64,000 nt of DNA from Bdellovibrionales bacterium (GCA_031370005.1 JANMPT010000110.1:32001-96000); one strand, 5' to 3'; shown: positions 42,056 through 51,982, counted from the stretch's first letter. The notes: a model not told the origin generated them from the sequence alone. Program-made: numbers and translations.

Positions 42056-42346
42056 ATGAAGGCTCACCTCAGGTATTTCATCAAGAACAAGATTCATGAC
42101 CGATACGTGGTGGAGCTTTCGATATACGAGGTTGGCAAGTCGTCCAAGTACACAGACGGCATCAAGTACGGGCTGATTTGCAAGGATCTTAAGAACGGTG
42201 ACTACGTCCTTTTGGACAATCACCACCCAAAAGGACCGCATGTGCATATTAATGATCGTGAGTTTCCTTACGAGTATGTTAGCGATGACAAACTAATAGC
42301 AGATTTTGAAATGATGGTCCTCAAGGAATTAGGAGTAAAGCTATGA
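42056..42346 (+). CDS. DUF6516/TumE-like toxin
   Basis: Y.DGIKYGL...LLDNHHPKGPHVH...YEY. Confidence 0.75.
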   Translation: MKAHLRYFIKNKIHDRYVVELSIYEVGKSSKYTDGIKYGLICKDLKNGDYVLLDNHHPKGPHVHINDREFPYEYVSDDKLIADFEMMVLKELGVKL

Positions 42347-42711
42347 AAAAATTGATCGTGTCCATTAAGTCTTCCAGTGAAACTCTCTCTGACTTCAAAA
42401 AAGCTCTGAAGGAGGCCCGCAAAGGACGCCTGAAAGGTGATCATTTCGAACTTTCTTTTGATAACAAGAAGGACTTTGATCGTTTCCTAAGAAACCTTGG
42501 GATTTTATCAGCCATCCTGATTCACAAGCCAAAATCGGTCTATGAGCTTGCGAAGCTCGTGGATATGGATGTCTCTAACTTAAATAAGATCATTCTCTTC
42601 TTTGAGACTGTTGGCGCTATCAAGATTAAAACGTCCACAGTGAGCGGTCGAACAGTGAAAACTCCAGTTGTGGAGTATGAGCAGATCGAGTTTGATCTGA
42701 AGGCTGCGTAA
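42343..42711 (+). CDS. HVO_A0114-like wHTH antitoxin
   Basis: KPKSVYELAKLVDMDVSN...GRTVKTP.V.Y; ATGA overlap with the toxin. Confidence 0.75.
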   Translation: MKKLIVSIKSSSETLSDFKKALKEARKGRLKGDHFELSFDNKKDFDRFLRNLGILSAILIHKPKSVYELAKLVDMDVSNLNKIILFFETVGAIKIKTSTVSGRTVKTPVVEYEQIEFDLKAA

Positions 42712-42714
42712 TTT

Positions 42715-43101
42715 CTAAGAGAGCTCGCTCATATTCAATTGTTCAATGCCATCAGAAATGACATTCGCAGGGATCTTTTCTTGTTCAAGGCGCTTTTCAC
42801 CATTCTTGATAAGATGATAAAGCTTAAGTTCAGCCGGTGACAATGCTGTTGGATCGTTGATTCGCTCCGAGGGCTTTCCATTTGTTCCGGTCCAATGAGT
42901 GTTCAAAATCTTTTCAGACATTAAAAACATTTCTGTGTGTGGAAATTGCTCCCGCATAAGCGACAAAATTTCAAGCCCATGTGCATCGATATCACCCCAA
43001 TAAACCACGCGACCACGATCTAAAAATCGGTGGCGATCCAGTGAGCCAACCAAAAAGCCGGAGCCAAAAATAATCACAGTTTTAGGGAGGCTGAAAAGGG
43101 G
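42715..43101 (-). pseudogene. jetD: C-terminal fragment of Wadjet JetD (DUF2220 TOPRIM)
   Basis: IFGSGF, VVYWGDIDAHGLEIL, RLEQEKI; N-terminal part absent. Confidence 0.75.
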
Positions 43102-43140
43102 CTAAGTAGTGGATTTTAGGTCATTTTATAGCTGGGTATT

Positions 43141-44399
43141 CAGACCTGACCGGAAGATTCCCAATAATTTCATGACGTAAAACCGGCAGCAGGACTGGGG
43201 TTCCAACGACATCCGGGCGGTGCCCCGCTGTCTGCAAGGATTCTGTGATTTAGATCGGTTCGGATTGACCGCAGCAGCTGCCAGAGGGTCCCCTCAAAAC
43301 GATCCAGGATTTTCTTAAGCTGTAAAAGCAACTGAACCAGAACTGCGACGGCCAGTTGGGTCTTGATCGAGTTTGGTGTTTTTGTTGGCAGCCGACGGAT
43401 GTTCAGGTGTCCCTTCAACCAGCGGAACAATAATTCCACCGCCCACCTTCGTTTGTAAATTCCTGCAATCATTTTTGCACTGGACTTGAAGTCGGATGTT
43501 ATAAAATGAAAAATCTTTTTTGTAAGTGGATCTCTATAAATCACGTGCCGGAGCTCCTCTGGTTTTTCTTTGAACGGAGTGTAGGGGCCGTCATACAAAA
43601 ATCCATCTTTATCTTTCTGAACCTGCAGTACTTTCATCAACATCATGCGAAGTCTGGGGTGATCTTTCAGGCGAGTGACAAAGTGGGATCTTGCACTCAT
43701 AATTTTTTGCCAAAAATTAAAGTCATTATAAGCCCGGTCAAAGACGTAGGTCTTTCCCGGTAATAGCCGCAGATCAAGGCTTACCGGGGAATCGTTTCTT
43801 CTTCCCGGCGTGACTATAAAATCATCAATCCACTCACCATCAACGTTCCAAACAACGTGAAGTTTTGCCGAGGCCTGATGCTCATCTTTACAATGTTTTT
43901 GCCTCCACCCCGGCTCATTAAAGAGACTCCCATGGACTTTGATTTCCGTAGAATCGATAGCCATAATTTGCCGGATTGCTTTTTTAATTTTTCGACACTC
44001 AGTCTTGGCTCTGATTTCTAACAAAATCATGTCGCACAGTTCCTGGAAAAACCCAAATGCTCTTTCTCGAAGTGCATCACCAAAAGTTGAGTCTGGGATT
44101 TTAAGGGTAGCTTCGACTTCGCGAAAAGATTCGATTCTCATCACAAAACAGCAAATCAAAGCCTGGGTCATTTCCCAGGTTGAAAAGCTTTGGACCCACT
44201 TATCCATGTCCCACTTTTTTACCAGCGCGTTGAATTTTTTTTGATCAATCAATTGAAATAGAGAACGCCCTTTGAGAGAATTCTTCACGGTTGCCGCCTT
44301 CCTTAGCGTTTTAATTTTTTCTTCGCAGATAAATCAAAACAGCTAGGTGAAGGTCTGGCAACTTCTTGTTTTTACTTCAAAATCTTCCGGTCAGGTCTG
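43141..44399 (-). mobile_element. Complete IS4-family insertion sequence (1259 bp)
   Basis: Perfect 19-bp IRs CAGACCTGACCGGAAGATT (43141-43159, 44381-44399); 9-bp TSD CTGGGTATT (43132-43140, 44400-44408). Confidence 0.95.
43170..44288 (-). CDS. IS4-family DDE transposase
   Basis: AIDST, KLHV, VFDRAY, YKRRWAVELLFRWLK. Confidence 0.95.
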   Translation of the reverse strand: MKNSLKGRSLFQLIDQKKFNALVKKWDMDKWVQSFSTWEMTQALICCFVMRIESFREVEATLKIPDSTFGDALRERAFGFFQELCDMILLEIRAKTECRKIKKAIRQIMAIDSTEIKVHGSLFNEPGWRQKHCKDEHQASAKLHVVWNVDGEWIDDFIVTPGRRNDSPVSLDLRLLPGKTYVFDRAYNDFNFWQKIMSARSHFVTRLKDHPRLRMMLMKVLQVQKDKDGFLYDGPYTPFKEKPEELRHVIYRDPLTKKIFHFITSDFKSSAKMIAGIYKRRWAVELLFRWLKGHLNIRRLPTKTPNSIKTQLAVAVLVQLLLQLKKILDRFEGTLWQLLRSIRTDLNHRILADSGAPPGCRWNPSPAAGFTS

Positions 44400-44406
44400 C
44401 TGGGTA

Positions 44407-44435
44407 TTGACAATACGACATATATGTCGTATAAC
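44407..44435 (+). promoter_or_regulatory. Sigma70 promoter with a 20-bp palindromic operator
   Basis: TTGACA-N17-TATAAC; ATACGACATATATGTCGTAT at 44413-44432. Confidence 0.8.
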
Positions 44436-44442
44436 GAAAGAG

Positions 44443-44745
44443 ATGAAATTTAAAGATTTTCAGGGACGTGAGATTATTTTATCAGAAGAGTCTTGGGGTC
44501 ATATTCAAGACTCTCACCCGGAGGTCTCTGTCGAGGAAATCGCGAAAGTTTTGGCGGAGCCAGATGAAGTGCGCAAAAGTAATCATTCCGCAAACGTGGA
44601 GCTGTATTATGTATTTAAGACTCCGGTTCCAAAGCTACGTTACCGCTGTGTAGTTGTTAAAGTTCTTCAATAGGCGTGTTTTGTTTCTTCAGCGATGACC
44701 ACAAGTAGTATGAAAAACGGTGTGATTTTATACAGAAAATCTTAG
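44443..44745 (+). pseudogene. RelE/BECR-fold-like toxin with an in-frame TAG at 44671-44673
   Basis: MKFKDFQGREIILSEESWGHIQDSHPE...VLAEPDEVRKS...VVVKVLQ*ACFVSSAMTTSSMKNGVILYRKS*. Confidence 0.65.
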
Positions 44746-44753
44746 AGGTGTTT

Positions 44754-45143
44754 ATGAATATCACGTATGACAAAGATATAGATTATATGGAGATCTTTTT
44801 TAGTAAGGAAGAAAACTATGGGGATGAGTTAAATGATACTTGTATGGTTTTTAAGTCTGAAAAGACTGATGTGATTATAGGCTATGCTTTTGAGAACGCA
44901 AGCCAAAGCGTTTTTGAGGCCGAGTTTTTACATTTAACTACGAAGCTTGCGGCTATGCTAAAGATGGTCCGGGCTCTTGAAAATCTGACTCAAGAAGAAG
45001 CTGCAAAGAGGATTGGGGATATTACTCTCCGTCATTATCAGCGTTTAGAGGCAGGCGAGGATACGACCTTAGAAACGCTTGAACGAATTACCTTAGCGTT
45101 TCCAGGGCAGGACTTTTCAAAGATGTTTAAGAGGACTGCATAG
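44754..45143 (+). CDS. DUF2283-like domain fused to XRE HTH (antitoxin)
   Basis: ITYDKDIDYMEIFF...IIGY N-domain; LKMVRALENLTQEEAA...YQRLEAG HTH. Confidence 0.75.
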   Translation: MNITYDKDIDYMEIFFSKEENYGDELNDTCMVFKSEKTDVIIGYAFENASQSVFEAEFLHLTTKLAAMLKMVRALENLTQEEAAKRIGDITLRHYQRLEAGEDTTLETLERITLAFPGQDFSKMFKRTA

Positions 45144-45287
45144 TAAAGAACCTGCAGCTATTCACAAAATCGCTCAGAAATTCGGTAAGCGCGGACTTGA
45201 ACTTGCGAGCCTCATCCAAGTTCTCGCAGGCAATAAGTTTCGTAAGGCAAATTAAGTAACCAACCACCTTATCCCGCCCCTAAAATG

Positions 45288-45315
45288 AAAAAGCCCTGAT
45301 TTTAATTCAGGGCTT
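45288..45315. terminator. Hairpin between convergent genes
   Basis: aagccctga...tcagggctt. Confidence 0.5.
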
Positions 45316-45358
45316 AGATGATTATTCTATATCTCGAAAACCAGTGTTAAAAAAATGG

Positions 45359-45622
45359 CTAGTTAGCGTGTGTAGAAAAAGATCTGGAGCTTTTAGGAAA
45401 GGCATGAAGCAATCCAATGATTGCAAAAATATTAATAAGCGCAATGATAAGTAAGCTCTGAGTGTCAACGGCGAGTTTTATGGTCAATAAGATTACATTT
45501 ATATACAAATACGCACGTGAAAGCAGAAGACCAAATTTCACAAAAATGTTTTGTCCAAATGGCAAAAACCATGCGCAAAGTAACACCACTCCGCAAACGC
45601 CAATTAAAAGCAGCGAGCCCAA
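45359..45622 (-). pseudogene. Membrane-protein fragment
   Basis: Three hydrophobic segments; no convincing start. Confidence 0.35.
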
Positions 45623-45695
45623 GGATACCCAGTACGCGTCCTCTTACTCTCAGAATCAGTAAGAATTACTCCATTAAAGGTTTCTCTTAGTTTTT

Positions 45696-46061
45696 TCAAT
45701 TGAGTTTCTCGGCGAGGAAAACTTCCTTGGGCGCGAACCCAGTCGTACCACTTATGATACCGTTCGTGGTTGCGATGGCGCATTGCGCACAGGTTTGAGG
45801 GGCTTTTGTAGGGGGATCAATCTTGGTTTTTTTCCGAAGACGATAGCGGCGCTGGGCCTGTTTGTGATTCTCAGAACCACACTGCGTATTACGGTATGTC
45901 TTTTGGTTTCGGCGATGTCGTTCCTTCCGAGCTTCGTCGGAGCATCCGTCTGAACAATACTTTTGATTCCGCCAACAAGAACGGCAAATCAATAAAATCT
46001 TCGAACAGCGAGGACATTGAACTTCAATGGCAGGCATAGCCTCGGCATTTAATAATTCCAT
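45696..46061 (-). CDS. Cys-rich zinc-finger protein with basic tail
   Basis: CPRC...ICRSCWRNQKYCSDGC...RHRRNQKTYR. Confidence 0.7.
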   Translation of the reverse strand: MELLNAEAMPAIEVQCPRCSKILLICRSCWRNQKYCSDGCSDEARKERHRRNQKTYRNTQCGSENHKQAQRRYRLRKKTKIDPPTKAPQTCAQCAIATTNGIISGTTGFAPKEVFLAEKLN

Positions 46062-46084
46062 ACAATAATGCTAAAAAAATTTCC

Positions 46085-46170
46085 CTGGTCCCTCAAACAC
46101 CGGCATTAATAACTGGACAATGGGACCGGGAAAACGCCCGAAGTGGTCCCTCTCGAAACCGGTGCGTGCA
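46085..46170 (-). mobile_element. Possible IS21-like element end
   Basis: Minus strand starts TG at 46170; repeated tggtccct...ccgg near 46086 and 46144; cuts the adjacent HTH ORF. Confidence 0.4.
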
Positions 46171-46379
46171 GGTCAATTGAAAAATCAGGTTTGACGGTCA
46201 ATGAGATTGTTAAGAAATCTCAAATAGCTAGATCCAAAGTTTCGGCAATTAAAAACGGAGCCTTGTCAGGAATTTCAAGTGATCTCTTTTTTAAAGTTAT
46301 TTCGGCTTGCGGATGGAAAGTAGTTATTAATTTAAAAAAAGATTCGGTAAAAGCGAAAAAAATTAACCAGCCGAAATAA
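46171..46379 (+). pseudogene. 5'-truncated XRE HTH gene
   Basis: IEKSGLTVNEIVKKSQIARSKVSAIKNG...ISSDLFFKVISACG. Confidence 0.55.
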
Positions 46380-46388
46380 TAAAACTTA

Positions 46389-47516
46389 CTATTTACTTGG
46401 TTTCTTTTTAACAACTAGGGCATCAAACGCTTTTTTATTTTTAAAGAATTTGTATTTCCCGGCCCGCTCTTCTATAAGAATTCCCATCAAGGCAAGGGCT
46501 CTTAAGTATTTCGCACATGTTTGCCAATGAATACCAAGGTCGCGCTCCATAAATTTTGCATGAGTTATGGGATGAAGAAAAATATGATCTAGAACTGAAG
46601 AGATGTTGTTTTTACGAATCGGATTTTCTGTCAGGTTAAATAACTGCGTTTTAATTTCCTTCTTAGCATTTTTAAGTTGATAGATTCCGATTTGTGTTTT
46701 GTAGGCCTGTACCGCGAATCCTTGAAGCATGAATTCAATAAATGGCCACCATTCTCCTTTTGTAGTGACGTTGAGAAGAAGTGATTTATAAAGATCTTCA
46801 TGGTCGCTTAAGTAGCTGCTTATAAATAGTGCCGGATAATCTAGTAGATTTTCATGCAGAAGTTGAGCAATCATTAGGATGCGACCGCAGCGTCCATTGC
46901 CGTCTTCGAATGGATGGATAGCTTCAAATTGATAATGGCAAATAGCTACTTTAATGAGAGGAAAAAAAGTTTTATCGTTGAGGATAAATTTTTCCCAATT
47001 GCTAACTAGATCTTCAGTTTTTGTCCACTCTGGAGGGGTATAAATGACTTCGAAAGTGCCATCTTTTCTTTTATTTCCAATTTGATTCTGTACTTTCCTA
47101 AATTCGCCGGGGTTTCCTTTGTCGACATTTAATTTCAAATGAATTGCTTTTATGGTTCGAGAAGACAAGCCATATTTTTTCAAAGATACAGTGCCTTCAA
47201 GTAAAGCTTCTCTGTATTTCATCACTTCTTTATTTTCTTTAGTTCGTTCGTCGACAGGTTTTGTTTCGTCCACCAGTGCAGATATGATAGTAGTATGTAT
47301 GTTTTCGACGGCATTGCTGCTAATTGATTCATTCAAATAGAATGTTGAGAGAAATAATTGCGGACGTTCAATGTCGTCTAAGGCACCCGCTAATTTAGAA
47401 ATCGCCTGTAGTGCATCATTGTGAAGATTCATGAGTTTCAAAAGATCGGGGTGATCTGAAATAGAGAAGGGGGGTGGAAGGTATTTTAGATCGTATGGTG
47501 AGTTTGCGCGAAACAT
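46389..47516 (-). CDS. Fic family protein with Fic-N and C-terminal wHTH
   Basis: ESISSNAVENI; HYQFEAIHPFEDGNGRCGR. Confidence 0.92.
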   Translation of the reverse strand: MFRANSPYDLKYLPPPFSISDHPDLLKLMNLHNDALQAISKLAGALDDIERPQLFLSTFYLNESISSNAVENIHTTIISALVDETKPVDERTKENKEVMKYREALLEGTVSLKKYGLSSRTIKAIHLKLNVDKGNPGEFRKVQNQIGNKRKDGTFEVIYTPPEWTKTEDLVSNWEKFILNDKTFFPLIKVAICHYQFEAIHPFEDGNGRCGRILMIAQLLHENLLDYPALFISSYLSDHEDLYKSLLLNVTTKGEWWPFIEFMLQGFAVQAYKTQIGIYQLKNAKKEIKTQLFNLTENPIRKNNISSVLDHIFLHPITHAKFMERDLGIHWQTCAKYLRALALMGILIEERAGKYKFFKNKKAFDALVVKKKPSK

Positions 47517-47726
47517 ATCGAAAATCCTCGGGCTTATTTATATGTTCGCATGATATATCGTAAAATTCAATATTTTTCGATATATTGGAAATACATATCG
47601 AAAATAATCGATTTACACGTAAGATATTGATTTTAATAGTCATATTTGGCAATGAAAAACTATAAACCAACGGAAATCTCAATATGGAACAAATAATATC
47701 ATCGACATTTTGAAAGATACAGTAAG

Positions 47727-47993
47727 TTGTCACAGAAGGCGCTGGCGGCGCTCTTGAAAACCAGCCAGCAGCAGATTCAGCGTTGGGAAAAAGGACAGGC
47801 TGTAAACCTGCAATGGGCGGTAGTACTCGCTCGTGTTCTCGGTCAAAAGCCGGAAATCATTTTTCCTGCCTTCGAGAAGGTGAAATCCACTGTAGCGAAG
47901 ACGCGTACATCTAAAATGGATCCCGAGAAAATTGAAAGTGAACTACATAAAGCCGGATTTGAGACAGATGCCCCGACGTATTGGTATCGATAG
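47727..47993 (+). pseudogene. XRE HTH regulator, probably truncated
   Basis: SQKALAALLKTSQQQIQRWEKG. Confidence 0.55.
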
Positions 47994-48543
47994 GTTGGTC
48001 GCAACTCAGTCGGGGTTTAAGAACGGCTGTTTGGTTGATACCAATGTTTTAATATCTACAAGTTTGCCAATTGATCCAATGAATGAAGCCGCTGAGAGGC
48101 TTGTTGATAAACTCGCACATTTAAAGATTCCGTTATATTCAAATGTTAATATCCGCGCTGAATTTCTTGAGATACAGCGACGGCTTTTAATTCCAGAAGC
48201 ACTCATCGAGTTCTACGAAAGCCACGGCGACCTTGATGATGTTTTAACGGGAAAACTTCGTTCAATTCAGTCCAGTTATCGAAAATCTATAGATAATAAA
48301 AAGATCTATAAATTCACCGATGATCGAATAAAAGAATTCAGAACCTTGATGTCGAGTTATGAATTCAATGGCAAAAACGGCTGGCTTTTTTTCTGCGCGA
48401 AGTTCTTAGCACCACAGCTTGATATTGTCTGGGACGAAGTCGTACAGATCTGCAATCTCAATTTCATAAAGATTCGCGATGGTGACATTCAACATATGTC
48501 CGATTCGCTTCGAGCACAGGGTAAATTCGTGCTGGAGATATAG
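47994..48543 (+). CDS. PIN-domain-like protein, probably truncated; start uncertain
   Basis: CLVDTNVLIS and NIRAEFLE; the C-terminal PIN acidic motifs are not evident. Confidence 0.55.
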
Positions 48544-48591
48544 TAATGAGGCATTTTAAAGAAGTAGCAGAGAGTTGCTTGGAGATGGTTT

Positions 48592-48762
48592 ATGATTACA
48601 AGTGATAGACAGTTAAAAGTCACAAAAGAGAAGATTGAAAATTTTAAAGCCTCTCTTAAACAAAAGCCTAATGAGAAAATGAATCCTGTCTTGAAAAAAG
48701 CAGCACGAGTTCAAGCTTTAGACGAATTCGGTAAACATGTTCATTTATTGAAAACTCGCTGA
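48592..48762 (+). pseudogene. N-terminal fragment of an XRE/HigA-like regulator
   Basis: RBS ggag; MITSDRQLKVTKEKIENFKASL..., runs into antisense hsdS near 48715. Confidence 0.5.
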
Positions 48763-49744
48763 ATGGAAATCCGTCACCAAACATACTAACTTTGGGTTCA
48801 AACAAGCCAGGCTTTCCACCATCCTTATAAAGTAACACATCTCGATCTTTTACTTTGCCTCTATTTAGTGAGTTATGAAATTCCTCCGGGACATATTTTG
48901 TTTTAGAAAAATCAAAAAAACCTATTCTTACAATACTCTCGGCTCCAATATTGGGGATTCCATGAGTATATCCCGAAACGCCACCTTTAGGTCTATTGCC
49001 TGTTTCCAAAGCCGCAAGTAAATTTTCTAATTTTTCGTACTTCCATCCCTTCGGAATCAGCCCAAGTTCAGATTTTTCAAAGCTATCAGGAAAAAGTGCG
49101 GTGGTTTCATCATCCATCCCAAAAGGCTTTTTGCCTTCGGCTTTTGCTTTCACTGGTCCAAAATCGATGAACCATTCTTTAAAAATAGCTTTCGCCATTG
49201 ATTCAAGTGAATTGTTCATTTGGCTATTAAGCTCAATCTTGTCATTTAAAGATTTTGAGAGTTCGCCTATGAATTGTTGTTTCTCATCTGGAGGGCATGG
49301 GATCAGTAATTTATTTAGTACTTCGGTATCTAGTTTGCCAGCGCCAATTCCTGTAAATTCTACTTTTTCTAACAATTGTCTTTCGGAAGCAATAAGCCAT
49401 GCTAAAAAAAAGTCCGGTTGAATTTCTTTTGTCTTTAGCCTAAGTGCTTTTACATCTTGATTGATTGTAACATGTCTAGTTGGAACGGAGATTGGTATTC
49501 TCTGATGTAAAATGCTACCTCGAACAAGGAGCAGCGGAGTCCCTTTCTCAATAAATTTAATGCCAGACTCGGCGAGTGCCTTTTTGGTAATCTGTTCGGT
49601 AGATGAGCTGACATAAAGTTTATCCATTGAGCTTGCGCTGATCCAGGGTATGTCACCATCCCAAAAAGTCAACTCAGCTTTGGAAGGTGTTTTTCCTGAG
49701 ATCATCTGCACGGCGTCGCCAAATCGAATTGATTTAAAGCTCAT
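48668..49744 (-). pseudogene. hsdS: Type I RM specificity subunit, C-terminally truncated
   Basis: TRD1, spacer LNDKIELNSQMNNSLESMAKAIFKEWF, LGLIPKGW; TRD2 breaks after NEHVYRIR. Confidence 0.85.
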
Positions 49745-51383
49745 TCAATTTCTCCATGATGTTTTTCTGCAAAATGGCTGACACACTAAATTGGTTCTCC
49801 AATTTGACTTTTAGTGTATTAAATCGCTCATCAAATGGTGTCTCATCGTCAATCACGTCCTCTGCGCCAACATATCTCCTAGGAGTCAGAACCCAACCAT
49901 TCTTTTCTATTTCATCAATTTTTACAGCTTTACAGAAACCGGCCTTGTCTTCATAAGTGCCAGCCTCTTTTTCTCCGCGCCAAGAATGATAGAGACGGCT
50001 AACTTCCTTAATTTCCTCATCAGTAAGCTCCTTGCTTACTCTTGAAGTCATCGCTCCTAATTTTCGGCAGTCGATGAAAAGAACTTCTCCAGCGCGATCC
50101 CGGATTCCAGTTTGTTTTTTGTTACGAGTCAGAAACCAAAGACTAGCCGGAATCTGAGTTGTATAAAAAAGCTGCCCCGGAAGCGAAACGATGCAATCAA
50201 CAAGATTAGCTTCAACTAAGGCCTTGCGAATTTCACCCTCGTTTGATTGGTTCGAGCTTAGTGACCCATTGGCCAAAACTATTCCAGCAATTCCATTTGG
50301 AGAAAGGTGGTGGATCATGTGCTGAAGCCAAGCGTAGTTAGCATTCCCTGGCGAAGGAGTTCCATATTTCCAGCGAACGTCGTCTTTTATCCGCTCAGCC
50401 CCCCAGTCGCTAACATTAAAAGGTGGGTTTGCGAGGATGTAGTCGGCTTTTAGATCTTTATGTTGATCGTTATGAAATGTATCACCATTGGTTTCCCCTA
50501 GATTTCCATCAAGACCACGAATCGCAAGATTCATCTTAGCTAGTTTCCAAGTCGTAGGATTTGATTCCTGACCATATACAGAAAGTGCGCCACGTTTACC
50601 GCCGTGGGCCTCCAGAAATTTCTCAGACTGAACAAACATTCCACCGGAACCGCAACAAGGATCGTAGATACGTCCCTTTGTTGGTTCGATCATTTCAACC
50701 AGCAACTTAACGATACAACCGGGAGTATAGAACTGTCCGCCAAGCTTACCTTCAGCAGAAGCAAATTTTCCAAGAAAGTATTCATAGACTCGTCCGAGGA
50801 CGTCTTTTTCTTTATTGGCTTTATCACCTAAGCCAATGCCTGAAATTAAATCCACAAGCTGTCCAAGCATCATTTTATCGAGATCAGGTCGGGCATAGTC
50901 TTTTTGCAGAACTCCCTTAAGGGTTTTGTTCTCTTTTTCAATAGCAACCATGGCATCATCAATGAGCTTTCCGATTTCAGGCTTCTTTGCGCTGTTTTTA
51001 ATGAAATCCCATCGGGCTTGTTTTGGAACCCAGAAAATATTCTCTGCAACATATTCGTCGCGGTCTTCGGCAGCTTGCGGGTCTTCCTTGATCAGTGAGT
51101 TGTATTTCTCTTCAAAAGAGTCAGAAATGTATTTGAGGAACACAAGCCCGAGCACTGTGTGTTTGTAGACTGCAGCGTCCATATGGCCACGAAGTTTATC
51201 GGCGGCAGCCCACAACGTCTCTTCAAATCCAAGGCTGACGGTTTGCTTGGTCTTCTGGGTCTTAGGTGCTTTTGGCTCGGACTGAGCCTGAAGCTCAAGT
51301 TGATTTTTAATCTTTGAAGATTGCTTCCGCTTTTTTTTCAGAATCGTTTTAGCCGCTTTTCCAGGTGTTTTTTTCTTTGCCAT
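49734..51383 (-). CDS. hsdM: Type I RM methyltransferase subunit
   Basis: [33 protein letters not shown]. Confidence 0.96.
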   Translation of the reverse strand: MAKKKTPGKAAKTILKKKRKQSSKIKNQLELQAQSEPKAPKTQKTKQTVSLGFEETLWAAADKLRGHMDAAVYKHTVLGLVFLKYISDSFEEKYNSLIKEDPQAAEDRDEYVAENIFWVPKQARWDFIKNSAKKPEIGKLIDDAMVAIEKENKTLKGVLQKDYARPDLDKMMLGQLVDLISGIGLGDKANKEKDVLGRVYEYFLGKFASAEGKLGGQFYTPGCIVKLLVEMIEPTKGRIYDPCCGSGGMFVQSEKFLEAHGGKRGALSVYGQESNPTTWKLAKMNLAIRGLDGNLGETNGDTFHNDQHKDLKADYILANPPFNVSDWGAERIKDDVRWKYGTPSPGNANYAWLQHMIHHLSPNGIAGIVLANGSLSSNQSNEGEIRKALVEANLVDCIVSLPGQLFYTTQIPASLWFLTRNKKQTGIRDRAGEVLFIDCRKLGAMTSRVSKELTDEEIKEVSRLYHSWRGEKEAGTYEDKAGFCKAVKIDEIEKNGWVLTPRRYVGAEDVIDDETPFDERFNTLKVKLENQFSVSAILQKNIMEKLNEL

Positions 51384-51577
51384 AAGTGTAGGTATTACTG
51401 TTCGATGACCCTGAAATTCTATGGCTTTTAGCACTTTAAAACAAATTCAAACCGCACTCAATTTACATCTAAATTCATGGCGGAGCAGGTGGCACGCTGA
51501 GTTGTGCCTCTAATATGGGCAGATTGAGGCGAGCCTCCACTTTTTGATATTACCTAACGTATTTACCCGAAGGAATA

Positions 51578-51655
51578 GCTCTTAGGAGTTTACTGGTTTA
51601 GACGTATTGCCTTCTAAGCAACTGGTCGAAGGTTCAAATTCCCTTGGGAGTACTA
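51578..51655 (+). pseudogene. Degenerate tRNA-Arg(UCU)
   Basis: Anticodon arm ttgc-CTTCTAA-gcaa; GGTTCAAAT T-loop; wobble-paired acceptor gctctta/tgggagt; ends ACTA; D-arm broken. Confidence 0.65.
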
Positions 51656-51670
51656 ATTTCTGCGCAGATA

Positions 51671-51907
51671 CTACAATCCATCTAAAAGCTTCGACAAGGG
51701 CATTTTATAGAGCTTCGCTACTTTGCGGAGAGTGATAACCGTGATGTTTTTGCCGGATTCAATCTTTTGGAGGTGGGTCCAGTCGCCCCAGCCGTGTTCT
51801 TCGACCTCTTCCAATGTCCATCCCTTATCAGTACGTAAAGAGCGGATCCTAGTTCCTAGTTTAACCAAGAAGTTTTTATCATCAGGAGTAATACTGCTTG
51901 TTGCCAT
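51671..51907 (-). CDS. XRE-family HTH regulator
   Basis: KLGTRIRSLRTDKGWTLEEV...HLQKIESGKNIT. Confidence 0.85.
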   Translation of the reverse strand: MATSSITPDDKNFLVKLGTRIRSLRTDKGWTLEEVEEHGWGDWTHLQKIESGKNITVITLRKVAKLYKMPLSKLLDGL

Positions 51908-51924
51908 ATAAAAATGATTGCAAA

Positions 51925-51958
51925 TATGCACGATAATAAGTAAGAATGATCGTGCATA
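51925..51958. promoter_or_regulatory. 10-bp inverted-repeat operator between divergent genes
   Basis: TATGCACGAT-N14-ATCGTGCATA. Confidence 0.6.
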
Positions 51959-51982
51959 ATATGAAATGGGAAATATTAAATT

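Noticed and set aside
44671..44673. Amber codon as pyrrolysine or genome-wide recoding
   Set aside because: TAG ends ordinary genes here (carD, gltX, uvrB, prfC) and no pyl genes are in the window.
51477..51495. tggcggagcaggtgg as another tRNA 3'-end scar
   Set aside because: Too short, and no partner copy in the window.
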